The translations under genes and the position numbers were made by a program. A stretch of DNA of 52,597 bases. Origin: Planctomycetota bacterium (lineage in GTDB: Bacteria > Planctomycetota > MHYJ01 > JACQXL01). The number at the start of each line of letters is the position of its first letter. Position 1 is the stretch's first letter. Under the pieces are notes generated by a model that searched no databases, was not told the DNA's origin, and worked only from the letters and a program-made list of their open reading frames with translations. Location of the stretch: positions 1 through 52,597 of the forward strand of contig JBFMDM010000003.1 of assembly GCA_040753835.1 (NCBI GenBank), in the 5' to 3' direction. Below are positions 28,617 through 39,880 of this stretch, piece after piece.

Positions 28617-29768
28617 TTATCCGCGTAAACTTGTGGTGAGGCCTGTCGAACCATCTGCGGTTGCCTTTTTCCGTCTGAGCCAGAAGAACAGCCCCGCGCT
28701 TACCACGAACAGCCCGATACTCACCCACTGCGAATAGGACAGGTCGGTGATAAAACTCTTGTTATCGCCCCTAAAGAACTCCACACACAGCCGCTCTATG
28801 CCGTATAACATCCCGGCATAGGCAACGATAAATCCGTGCCTTGGCTCAACCGGCTCGCCCTTGCCATCAAACCTTTTCTTATTTGCCCATATAACAGAAA
28901 GAAGAATAAAGAACAGCACACCTAGGAGCGATTCGTAAAGTTGGGCCGGATGGACCGGCAAGCTCAGTTGCGCGGTTTCTGGAATAAGGTGCTGGTGCAG
29001 GTGGTCAAGGAATGCCGGACTGCCCGTAATCTCGCCCTTGGGATTGGTTATTACCGGGAAAGAAACCGACCAGGGCAGGACTTCGGATATCCTTCCGTAA
29101 CAGCATCCGTTCAGGAAACAGCCGATGCGACCGAAGGCCAGCCCCAGCAATATGCCGGGCATCAGCAAATCGCCCATCTTTAATACCGGGATATGCCGCT
29201 TTTTAAGATATACAATAATGGAAACAATCGCCAGAATCACGCCGCCGTAAAAGACCAGCCCGCCGTGCCAGACGAAGAATACCTCCCAGTTATATTGACC
29301 GCGGTGCATCAGCAGATAAACCAGCCGGGCCAGGACTATGGCAGTAACAAAAGATAGGATGAGCAGTTTGAAGAAGGTGCCGAAGACAAAAGGCGCTGCC
29401 TCAGGCGAGGTTCGCCCTGCGGGGCGGGAGTCCGGGTGCTCCTTCTTGCGGTTGGCCCGGTAATGTAGCGCGAATGGAATGAAAAATCCGACGATGCCGG
29501 CGATGATATTCATCCCGCCGTCCGAGAAGTCAAAAAGCCGGAAGTCAAAATTCTCGGTAAAATAAATAATATGGAGAATCCGGGCGCCCACGATGCCGCT
29601 TATCATTGCTATCAAGCCGATATCAAAGACGTCCTCGGACGAGATATCGTCCCGTCCGGCCCGGCGCGCCGTGATGAATATGGCCGTTAAAAACCCCAGC
29701 ATCACCATAAACCCGTAGGAATATATGGGCAGGTGGATGAACGGCAATTCTATTAACTTCGGATGCAT
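28617..29768 (-). CDS. lgt: prolipoprotein diacylglyceryl transferase (long variant)
   Basis: PIYSYG, GARIL, GGLVFYGG, GRIGCFLNGCCYG, HPAQLYES, EFFRGD and SQWVS motifs. Confidence 0.92.
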   Translation of the reverse strand: MHPKLIELPFIHLPIYSYGFMVMLGFLTAIFITARRAGRDDISSEDVFDIGLIAMISGIVGARILHIIYFTENFDFRLFDFSDGGMNIIAGIVGFFIPFALHYRANRKKEHPDSRPAGRTSPEAAPFVFGTFFKLLILSFVTAIVLARLVYLLMHRGQYNWEVFFVWHGGLVFYGGVILAIVSIIVYLKKRHIPVLKMGDLLMPGILLGLAFGRIGCFLNGCCYGRISEVLPWSVSFPVITNPKGEITGSPAFLDHLHQHLIPETAQLSLPVHPAQLYESLLGVLFFILLSVIWANKKRFDGKGEPVEPRHGFIVAYAGMLYGIERLCVEFFRGDNKSFITDLSYSQWVSIGLFVVSAGLFFWLRRKKATADGSTGLTTSLRG

Positions 29769-29878
29769 ATAATGTTAAATCTTAAATCCCAACAGCTAAA
29801 ACCTAAACAATACAAATCATCACAGATGCGGTCAAACAAATATCTTGATTATTTGTGGCTCATTGCTATTATGTGCCT

Positions 29879-30757
29879 ATGAATACTTTTCTTGGAGTCA
29901 GGAACGCGCCGCTGGACAAGGCGAAGTTCGTTATTCTGCCTGTGCCGTATGATGTCACAACCAGTTACATCAAGGGCACGGCGCGCGGCCCGGCCGCCAT
30001 CCTCAAGGCGTCAGCTCAGGTAGAGACCTTTGATGAAGAGTTAGAACAAGACACAGCCCAGAAAACCAGCATCTACACGCTTCCGACCCCTCCGCTGGAT
30101 TTCAGAGCCAAGGCAGACAAGTTTATTCCCGCTCTCAAAAACTCTATGAAGACGCTTGTCAGGAAACTATCGCCCCATCAGACACTCATCACCCTGGGCG
30201 GCGAGCATTCTATTTCATATCCGCTGGTCAGCACCTATCAGTCAATCTACAAGGACTTATCGGTCCTGCACCTGGATGCGCACTCTGACTTGCGCGACTC
30301 GTATGGCGGTACCAAACACAGCCATGCCTGCGTGATGAAACGGATTTATGACAGCGGCATTAAAAGTATTGTCCAGGTCGGTATCCGCAATCTCACCGCT
30401 GATTGCCTGAAACTACTTAACTCTCGTATCCCACATCCCGTATCCCGCATCTATACTTACCTTGCCCACACCCACCCTGACTACAAGGTATTAGGTAAAA
30501 AGATTCTATCCACTCTCACTGACAAGGTATACGTCACCATAGACCTTGACGTCTTTGACCCGTCTGTAATGCCGGCGGTCGGAACGCCAGAACCAGGCGG
30601 GCTGAACTGGCATCAGGCCCTGGACATCCTGCGCCCGGTATTCCAGAAAAAGAATGTGGTGGGATTCGATGTCGTGGAACTATGCCCCATCAAAGGCCAG
30701 ATTGCCTCTGACTTCACCGCGGCCAAGTTAATATACCGGCTGATGGGGTACCGGTAA
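29879..30757 (+). CDS. speB: agmatinase
   Basis: PYDVTTSY, GGEHS, LDAHSDLRD, SHAC, DLDVFDP and GTPEPGG motifs. Confidence 0.92.
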   Translation: MNTFLGVRNAPLDKAKFVILPVPYDVTTSYIKGTARGPAAILKASAQVETFDEELEQDTAQKTSIYTLPTPPLDFRAKADKFIPALKNSMKTLVRKLSPHQTLITLGGEHSISYPLVSTYQSIYKDLSVLHLDAHSDLRDSYGGTKHSHACVMKRIYDSGIKSIVQVGIRNLTADCLKLLNSRIPHPVSRIYTYLAHTHPDYKVLGKKILSTLTDKVYVTIDLDVFDPSVMPAVGTPEPGGLNWHQALDILRPVFQKKNVVGFDVVELCPIKGQIASDFTAAKLIYRLMGYR

Positions 30758-30785
30758 CCCGAACCCCTGTATTCAGAAATCTGCT

Positions 30786-31892
30786 ATGGCCAAAATAATG
30801 TCGCGTCAAACGACTCTAAAAGCCGCCTTTTGGCTGAAATCAACCACGGGATTATTATTAACCATCGCCGGAATATTCTTGGTATCATATTCTGCGATTC
30901 AACATTCCAGGGATATTCCTGTAGCGATTATTGGGGTAATTATCGCCGGCGCTGGAATAACGCTGATTGCCAGGAATAAATCATTTCTAATCGGCGCAAA
31001 GGGCGAAGAAATGGTGAGCCGGGCGCTCGCCGGTTTCCCCGACGACTGGTATATTTTTAATGATGTCTTTATTCAGGATACGCAAATTGACCATATCCTG
31101 ATTTGCCCCAAGGGAGTATATGCAATTGAGACAAAGCACTACCGCGGCACAATTACAGGCAACACGGAATCGCCGGACTGGTGGCAATTCATCCGGCTCC
31201 GGCAGACCAAGATTTATAACCCCGTCCGCCAGGCGGTTCATCATTCAGCGGCGCTGGCAAATTATCTTCGAGAACTGGATTATAACCAACCCTGGGTTGA
31301 ACCCGTTGTTGTGTTCAGCCATCCGGATGTCAAGTTGGATGTGGTGTCCACCCAAACGCCCGTCATCCGCCTGTCCCAATTAAAGGAGTTTTTAGATAAC
31401 CGCGCGATAATCATAAGCCCGTTGGAATGCGCTGAAATATCCGACCGGCTAAACAATTATATCGCAGGAAATAAGAAGAAAAACATTCTGCCTGCGCAAT
31501 GGCTGACAATCTCCCTGCTTATTATGGCAATTTTAGGCGGTATCTGGTGGATAACCAGCGAATATTCCGCTACCAATGAAATCCCCAGGGAGAATGTTAT
31601 TCCCTGGCAGGACGCATCCAGATATTTAAACCGGGAAATAACGGTGCAAGGCCGGATTGCCAGGACTCATTCCGGGGATAAAGCATGGGAAATGAATTTT
31701 GACGACAACTATAAAACGACCCTGACGCTCGTAATATTTGCGGGCCATTTCAATAACTTTCCAAACGGCATTGATAAATACCGCAATAAGTTAATCAGGT
31801 TGAGAGGCAAGATAGAACTTAATGACTATAAAGATTACAATAGGCCTCAACTTATCATAGAGCATCCGAAACAAATAGAAGTATTGGACTAA
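30786..31892 (+). CDS. membrane-anchored NERD-domain protein with C-terminal OB-like domain
   Basis: GAKGEEMV...QIDHILICPKGVYAIETKHYRG...NPVRQ; two TM helices before and one after the NERD domain; C-terminal ITVQGRI...IRLRGKI. Confidence 0.82.
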   Translation: MAKIMSRQTTLKAAFWLKSTTGLLLTIAGIFLVSYSAIQHSRDIPVAIIGVIIAGAGITLIARNKSFLIGAKGEEMVSRALAGFPDDWYIFNDVFIQDTQIDHILICPKGVYAIETKHYRGTITGNTESPDWWQFIRLRQTKIYNPVRQAVHHSAALANYLRELDYNQPWVEPVVVFSHPDVKLDVVSTQTPVIRLSQLKEFLDNRAIIISPLECAEISDRLNNYIAGNKKKNILPAQWLTISLLIMAILGGIWWITSEYSATNEIPRENVIPWQDASRYLNREITVQGRIARTHSGDKAWEMNFDDNYKTTLTLVIFAGHFNNFPNGIDKYRNKLIRLRGKIELNDYKDYNRPQLIIEHPKQIEVLD

Positions 31893-32042
31893 ATTTCGGC
31901 TTGGTAGAGCCCATCCTTCCAGAACCTCTTTTGATTGTTTGATGCGCCAGTTAACGCCTTTTGTTCTGCTGAGCTGCTTATCCGGGCTCATAAATTACAC
32001 ATTTTTCTTGTGTCTTGGCGGGAATGGTGTATATTATTATTA

Positions 32043-32270
32043 ATGCAAGAAACCATTGCCTTAATTCTGATTCTCCTGACCGTGAGTTTGGGCCCGTCAT
32101 TTGTCATTGCGATGGTGGGCTATGCCAGCATCCAGGCCCTGGGCCGCAATCCTTCAGCCGCCCCTAAAATCCAACTGGCAATGCTCCTGGCTTTTATCTT
32201 TGCCATCGGCATCGCCTTTATTTCACTTTTGGTGGTCTTTAACCTTTTTGCGCCCAAAGCAGGCGGATAA
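32043..32270 (+). CDS. atpE: ATP synthase subunit c-like proteolipid lacking the conserved carboxylate
   Basis: 75-aa helical hairpin with LGRNP loop (RQP/RNP); helix 2 reads AFIFAIGIAFISLL, where FAEAIA is expected. Confidence 0.8.
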   Translation: MQETIALILILLTVSLGPSFVIAMVGYASIQALGRNPSAAPKIQLAMLLAFIFAIGIAFISLLVVFNLFAPKAGG

Positions 32271-32272
32271 TT

Positions 32273-33028
32273 ATGGAATTAAGAGAAATACTGTTCTTAA
32301 TCGGCGGGTTTGTAGTGGTGGCCGTGATTCTGGCCCTTCTGTTAAGGATGGTCCTCTCAGGCCAGTCCAATACGGCCATAGAGCGCTTAAAGCGCATCAA
32401 CCAGGACAACCTCCAGCGCGAACTGGAACTGAAGAAGAAACTGGACGAGGCCGAGACCCAATACCAAAAACGGCTGTCCGAGGCCTCCGGCGAAATCCAG
32501 AAGATGCGCGAGAAGATGGAAGAAGAGGTCTCCCTGATAAAACAACGTGTCGTGTCATCGGCCGAGAAGGAGAAAGAAAGCATCCTGGCTGACGCCCGGC
32601 AGGAGGTGGCAGACCTGAAGAATGAACTGACCCGCTCGGCAAATGAGCGGATTGCCGGGTTTGCCGAAGAGGTGATAACCAAATTATTCGCCGGCTCGGC
32701 GGACAGCGATAAAATAGCGGCCGGCCTACATCAGCATTTCCTGGATGAAGCAGTAAAGAAAATCAGGTCGTTGAAGAAGGAGATGCTGTCATCGGCCCTG
32801 GCCGGCTCAGGCGAGATTGTGGTTTCGTCCAGATTGGCCCTGACCGCGCACCAGAAGCAGGCGCTGAACGAAACGCTTTCCGAGGTATCCGGCAAGACAG
32901 TTAAGATTGTTGAAAAACCAGCGGACAGCAAATACCTGGCCGGCGTTTCCGTCAAGATTGGCAACCTGGTCATAGACGCCACGCTCAATAACCGGCTTAA
33001 GGAAATTATTGCGGAGACAGCCAAATAA
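32273..33028 (+). CDS. atpF: ATP synthase b-like subunit fused to a delta/OSCP C-terminal domain
   Basis: N-terminal TM helix, long coiled coil, C-terminal VSSRLAL...LAGVSVKIGNLVIDATLNNRL. Confidence 0.8.
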   Translation: MELREILFLIGGFVVVAVILALLLRMVLSGQSNTAIERLKRINQDNLQRELELKKKLDEAETQYQKRLSEASGEIQKMREKMEEEVSLIKQRVVSSAEKEKESILADARQEVADLKNELTRSANERIAGFAEEVITKLFAGSADSDKIAAGLHQHFLDEAVKKIRSLKKEMLSSALAGSGEIVVSSRLALTAHQKQALNETLSEVSGKTVKIVEKPADSKYLAGVSVKIGNLVIDATLNNRLKEIIAETAK

Positions 33029-33055
33029 AACATCAGCCAACGGGGAAATAATTAT

Positions 33056-34546
33056 ATGGTTATGCCAGCCGCCCATACGGGCGAGCCCGCCCCTCTGGGA
33101 CGGGAATTAGTAGAAATCAAAGAGGTCGGGACGGTCAAAGACGTCCGCCGCGGCATTGCCCGGATAGAAGGATTGACCTCCTGCATCAACTCCCAGATGG
33201 TCCATTTCGCCTCCGGCAGCAAGGGCATTGTAATGGGCTTTAACGAGAAAGAGGTGATGGCCCTGGTAATGGGAGACGAGACCTCGGTTTCTTCGGGCGA
33301 GGAGGTTACCAGCAAAATAGAACCATTCCGCGTGCCGGTCGGCTACGGCTATCTCGGCCGGGTGGTCAATTCCCTGGCCGAGCCGATTGACAATAAGGGG
33401 CCAATCAAGCCGGATGATTCCTATCCGGTCTTCCGCGAGGCAACCGGCGTGATTGACCGTATGCCTGTGGACACGCCCCTGGAGACCGGCATCAAGATTA
33501 TTGACCTGGTCATTCCCATCGGCCGGGGCCAAAGGGAACTGGTCATCGGCGACCGGATGACCGGCAAATCCACGCTGGGTATGGATACCATCATTAACCA
33601 AAAGGGTAAAGACGTTTTGTGTATCTACTGCTGTATCGGCCGGAGCCAGGCGTCGCTGATGAAGACGGTGCAGTTGTTCCAGGAATACGGTGCGATGGAC
33701 TATACCATCGTGGTAGCCGCGACCGGCGCGGATTCGGCCAACGCCCAGTATCTGGTGCCTTACACGGCCTGCGCGCTGGGCGAGTATTTTATGCTGGCCG
33801 GCAAGAATGTCTTTGTGGTCTTTGACGACCTGACCCGGCACGCCTGGGCCTACCGGCAAATTGCGTTATTGTTGGAACGCGCGCCCGGACGCGAGGCGTA
33901 TCCCGGCGACATTTTCTACATACACTCCCAGATGATGGAGCGGGCTGGAAAACTCAAACCCGAACTGGGCGGCGGCACTATGACCTTTATGCCCATTATT
34001 GAGACCATCCAGGGCGATTTCACCGGCTTTATCCCGACCAACCTGATTTCCATCACGGACGGACAGATTTACCTTTCCACCTCGCTGTTCTACGAGGGAT
34101 TCAAGCCGGCCATTGATATGGGACTGAGTATTTCTCGCGTGGGCTCCAAAGCCCAGCATCCAGCCATCAAGGAGGTCTCCAAGATGCTTCGCCTGGAATA
34201 CGTCCAGTACCGGGAACTCCTGAAACTGACCCGGCTGAGGACGCGCTATTCACCCGAGGTGGAGACCAAACTCAAGCGCGGACAGATTCTAACCATCCTC
34301 TTTACCCAGGATAAATACAAGCCGCTGCCGGTTGAAGAGGAAGCGATAATATTCTATGCGTTCAAGATAAGAATCCTTGACCTGATGACCGTGGACGGCG
34401 TCCTGTTATTCAAGACGAATATTATGGAGTTTATGAGCAAGCATTATCCACAGGTGGTGCAGAAGATAAGGGAGAGCGGGAAACTCTCGCCGGACATAAC
34501 CGAGCAACTGGACCGGGCACTGATGGAGTTCTTTAAGCGGAAATAG
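33056..34546 (+). CDS. atpA: F1 ATPase alpha subunit (divergent)
   Basis: PIGRGQRELVIGDRMTGKS, DDLTRHA, PGREAYPGDIFY, PTNLISITDGQI and SISRVG motifs. Confidence 0.95.
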   Translation: MVMPAAHTGEPAPLGRELVEIKEVGTVKDVRRGIARIEGLTSCINSQMVHFASGSKGIVMGFNEKEVMALVMGDETSVSSGEEVTSKIEPFRVPVGYGYLGRVVNSLAEPIDNKGPIKPDDSYPVFREATGVIDRMPVDTPLETGIKIIDLVIPIGRGQRELVIGDRMTGKSTLGMDTIINQKGKDVLCIYCCIGRSQASLMKTVQLFQEYGAMDYTIVVAATGADSANAQYLVPYTACALGEYFMLAGKNVFVVFDDLTRHAWAYRQIALLLERAPGREAYPGDIFYIHSQMMERAGKLKPELGGGTMTFMPIIETIQGDFTGFIPTNLISITDGQIYLSTSLFYEGFKPAIDMGLSISRVGSKAQHPAIKEVSKMLRLEYVQYRELLKLTRLRTRYSPEVETKLKRGQILTILFTQDKYKPLPVEEEAIIFYAFKIRILDLMTVDGVLLFKTNIMEFMSKHYPQVVQKIRESGKLSPDITEQLDRALMEFFKRK

Positions 34547-34548
34547 TC

Positions 34549-34644
34549 AACACGAATGAAACGAATATGGCGAATCACACGAATTATATAGCGCCAAGAT
34601 AAATATTATTCGGCCCATTCGTAATTATTCGTGCGATTCGTGTT
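34549..34644. repeat. CGAAT tandem motifs facing their inverted copies (gene-less hairpin spacer)
   Basis: AACACGAAT..ACGAAT..GCGAAT..ACGAATT on the left and ATTCGG..ATTCGT..ATTCGT..ATTCGTGTT on the right, between atpA and atpG. Confidence 0.7.
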
Positions 34645-34656
34645 TAGGTGTTTGAG

Positions 34657-35616
34657 ATGAAAACAATATCGGAACTGAAAAAAGACCTGGTCTTCAACCG
34701 CGAGATGAACGAGTTGATGGACATCCTCAAGAAGACCGCGATATTTGAGTTTCAGTCGCTCTTTAACCGGCGCAAGATGCAGACCATACAGGAGAAATAC
34801 GTGTCGGCCCTGGAGGATTTACTCAAGATATTCCCCCCCGGAGCGGAACACCCGTTCCTGACCAACCCGCTGGAAAAGGTTACCCTCATCCTGGTTACTT
34901 CTGATATGGGTTTCGTGGGCGGGTTGAATACCGAGATAGTTGACACCGGCCTAAGGCAAATCAGGAGGAAAGACGAACTGCATCTTCTGGCATTGGGCGA
35001 AAAGGGGTATCTGCAACTGGAGGAAAAGGGCTACAAGTTTGATTTCCTGCCCGGCATCGGCGCGGAAATGAACTTCGCGCTGGCCGAAAAGGTCCGGGAT
35101 TACATCTATGCCACCTGCTGGAAGTACAAGGTCGGCCGGGTGATAATCGCTTACCCTAAGTTTATCTCCTTTGCCCGGCAGGAAATCGCCACCGATGTCC
35201 TGATACCCTGCGGGTACCTGTTCAAGACGGCCCCTTCGGCCCCTGATGGGACCTCAGGGCAAGATTCAACATCGCCAACAGAAACCGAGAAAGCCAAGCC
35301 CGTCAGCGCGTCCCGGATACCCACCCGTTCCAGAGGCGGGGGGACAAAGTTCTTATTTGAGCCGTCGCCGGCCAAGGCGCTGGATTATCTGCTCAAAACC
35401 TATCTGGCTTACAAGATTTACGATATCTTCTGGCAGGCGAAACTGTCCGAATTCGCGGCCCGGAGCATGCATCTGGACGGCTCAATGCAGGAACTGACCG
35501 AGATGAAAAAGGGCATCCAGTTGCAGTATTTCCGCAGTAAGCACGAAATTACGGACCGAACCATCAGGGATATCTTCGGGGGAAGGATGGCAACGTTGCG
35601 AAAGTCGCGCAATTAG
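34657..35616 (+). CDS. atpG: F1 ATPase gamma subunit (divergent)
   Basis: LVTSDMGFVGGLN, FEPSP, SEFAARSMHL...RSKHEITD; position between alpha and beta. Confidence 0.88.
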   Translation: MKTISELKKDLVFNREMNELMDILKKTAIFEFQSLFNRRKMQTIQEKYVSALEDLLKIFPPGAEHPFLTNPLEKVTLILVTSDMGFVGGLNTEIVDTGLRQIRRKDELHLLALGEKGYLQLEEKGYKFDFLPGIGAEMNFALAEKVRDYIYATCWKYKVGRVIIAYPKFISFARQEIATDVLIPCGYLFKTAPSAPDGTSGQDSTSPTETEKAKPVSASRIPTRSRGGGTKFLFEPSPAKALDYLLKTYLAYKIYDIFWQAKLSEFAARSMHLDGSMQELTEMKKGIQLQYFRSKHEITDRTIRDIFGGRMATLRKSRN

Positions 35617-35620
35617 CGCT

Positions 35621-37458
<1,838 letters not shown>

Positions 37459-37571
37459 CCGCATCATTTAATAGTAGATAAGTGTATAAGTAAATAGGTT
37501 GATAAGGAAATAATGGTTCTTGTTGCACTTATCAACGTATCATCTTATCAACTTAACGGGGAGTTATAATT

Positions 37572-39875
37572 ATGGTCAAGAACGAAAATATTCTCGGCGA
37601 CATACTGGTCAAAAAAGGCATCATCACGGCCAAGGCCCTGGAACAGGCCCAGGAGGAAAAACACAAGAATTACAACCGCCTGATTTCAACCATCATCAAT
37701 CTCAACCTGGCCAAGGAGGACGCCATCATCCGGACATTCTCCGAGGAACTGAAGATGCCTATTATCCGGATGCGGGACACCAATGTGGAAGCCGCCGTAA
37801 TCAAGAAGGTGCCGGTGCGTTTTGCGGCCTATTACCGCTTTATGCCCGTCAAACTCGTCTCGCCGCCGCCCGACGCCTCGGGCAAAATCTACGAGACGCT
37901 CACCATTGCGGTCTCGTCCCCCCTGGATATCCGGATGCGCGACGAACTCCGGCTCCAGGTCGGCTGTGAAATAGAAATGGCACTGACCAGCACGGACGAG
38001 ATTATGCAGGCCATCAAGAAATACTACGGCTTTGCGGCCGATACCGTGGAAAAGATGTCCAAATACGGGATGAACAACATCACCGAATCGGCCCTGACCC
38101 AGGCAGACGAGAAGGTGGAGGACATAGAAACCGCAGAGAAGGCCGAGGACGCCTCGGTCATCAAACTGGTCAACCAGATAATCCTTGAGGCGCACGCCAA
38201 GCGCGCCACGGACATCCATATTGAACCCTACCGCGGCAAAATAAAACTCCGTTACCGCGTGGACGGCATCCTCTATAATATGAATATCCCGCCCGCGATG
38301 AAGAAATTCTTCCCGTCCATCCTCTCGCGCATCAAGATAATGTCCAACCTCAATATTGTGGAGCGCCGGCTTCCCCAGGACGGCAGATGCATCGTCAAGA
38401 CCGAGAAGGAGACCTTTGATATGCGCGTCTCCATCATCCCCACCCCCTGGGGCGAGAGCATCGTCATCCGCCTGTTGCCCACCAAGATGCTCTACTCGCT
38501 GGCCGAACTGGGCCTTGAGCCTGAGGAGGTCAGCACCCTAAACGGGCTCCTGGACAAGCCGCATGGCATCCTCTTCGTTACCGGCCCGACCGGCTCCGGC
38601 AAAAGCACCACGCTTTATGCCTGTCTCCAGAAACTCAATACCCAAGACGTCAAGATTCTCACCCTGGAAGACCCGATAGAATACGAACTTGAGGGCATCA
38701 CCCAAATCCAGGTAATGCCCGATATCGGACTGACCTTTGCCCGTGGCCTGCGCAGTATGCTCAGGCACGACCCGGACATAATGATGGTCGGCGAGGTGCG
38801 CGACTTTGAGACCGCCGAAATCACCATCCGCATCGCGCTGACCGGACACCTTATCTTCTCCACGCTCCATACCAACGATGCGGCCAGTTCGGTCACCCGG
38901 CTTATAGATATGGGCGTTGAACCGTATCTCGTGACCTCGTCGGTTGAGGCATTTGTCGCCCAGCGGTTAGTCCGGACCATCTGTCCGCAATGCAAGATTG
39001 AAGACACCCTGGTTCCCTTTGAACTGCTCAAGAAGGAATTCAACCTGCCGGACAACGTCACGGCCAAGTCGGCCAAAATCTACAAAGGCAAGGGCTGTGA
39101 TAATTGCAACTTCACGGGCTATCTGGGCCGGACCGCGATTTACGAGATTCTCCTCTTAAACGACAAGGTCAAGCGGCTGATTCTGCAGAAGGCACCGTCT
39201 GACGAACTGAAGATGGCCGGCGTGGAAAACGGGATGCGCACCCTGCGCCAGAGCGGCTGGGCAAAGATTAAGGCCGGGCTTACCACCTTTGACGAGGTTA
39301 CCAGGATTACCCCGTCCGACCCTCCGGGTCACCCTGTGCTCGCCTCGCCAGGCGGGGGCGTCCCGGCCAGCCAGGCAAAAGCCGCGCCCACTAAAATTAC
39401 TGTGTCGGCAGAACCGTCGCTCCGCACCATTTTTGGTAGCGAGGGCGCTCACGCTCCATCTGATTTGAGCGGAGCGCTCAGCCAGACCGGCGCAACCAGG
39501 GTTTTCAAGCGGGCCAACCTGAGGATACCCGTAGAATACAAACTCTACAAGGCATCAATGAACGCCTCGCCTGAGGCCGCATCAAAACCGGTCAAGACCG
39601 TGGCAGTCGGCATCTCGGCCAGCGGACTGCAGTTTGAGGCCAAGGAGTCCCTTATAGTCGGCTCTATTATAAACCTCAAGGTATTCCTGCCTTCCATTCC
39701 GACCATTGACTGCCTGGTCAGGATAATCAGGGTGGAGGTGGAGCACGAACCGCAGAAACGGGCCGAGTTGTCCGAGGACAAATACTGGGTCAGTTGTTAC
39801 TATCTGGACATTGAAAGCGCAGCCAAGGCGTCCCTGGACAACTTCGTCCTGAAGAACATCGCCTCCGTTTCGTAG
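37572..39875 (+). CDS. PilB/GspE-family secretion or pilus ATPase with C-terminal PilZ-like domain
   Basis: ATDIHIEP, RYRVDG, ERRLPQDGR, GPTGSGKST, EDPIEY, LRHDPD, TGHLIFSTLHTND, tetra-Cys motif; C-terminal RVFKR...GISASG. Confidence 0.92.
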   Translation: MVKNENILGDILVKKGIITAKALEQAQEEKHKNYNRLISTIINLNLAKEDAIIRTFSEELKMPIIRMRDTNVEAAVIKKVPVRFAAYYRFMPVKLVSPPPDASGKIYETLTIAVSSPLDIRMRDELRLQVGCEIEMALTSTDEIMQAIKKYYGFAADTVEKMSKYGMNNITESALTQADEKVEDIETAEKAEDASVIKLVNQIILEAHAKRATDIHIEPYRGKIKLRYRVDGILYNMNIPPAMKKFFPSILSRIKIMSNLNIVERRLPQDGRCIVKTEKETFDMRVSIIPTPWGESIVIRLLPTKMLYSLAELGLEPEEVSTLNGLLDKPHGILFVTGPTGSGKSTTLYACLQKLNTQDVKILTLEDPIEYELEGITQIQVMPDIGLTFARGLRSMLRHDPDIMMVGEVRDFETAEITIRIALTGHLIFSTLHTNDAASSVTRLIDMGVEPYLVTSSVEAFVAQRLVRTICPQCKIEDTLVPFELLKKEFNLPDNVTAKSAKIYKGKGCDNCNFTGYLGRTAIYEILLLNDKVKRLILQKAPSDELKMAGVENGMRTLRQSGWAKIKAGLTTFDEVTRITPSDPPGHPVLASPGGGVPASQAKAAPTKITVSAEPSLRTIFGSEGAHAPSDLSGALSQTGATRVFKRANLRIPVEYKLYKASMNASPEAASKPVKTVAVGISASGLQFEAKESLIVGSIINLKVFLPSIPTIDCLVRIIRVEVEHEPQKRAELSEDKYWVSCYYLDIESAAKASLDNFVLKNIASVS

Positions 39876-39880
39876 AAAAA

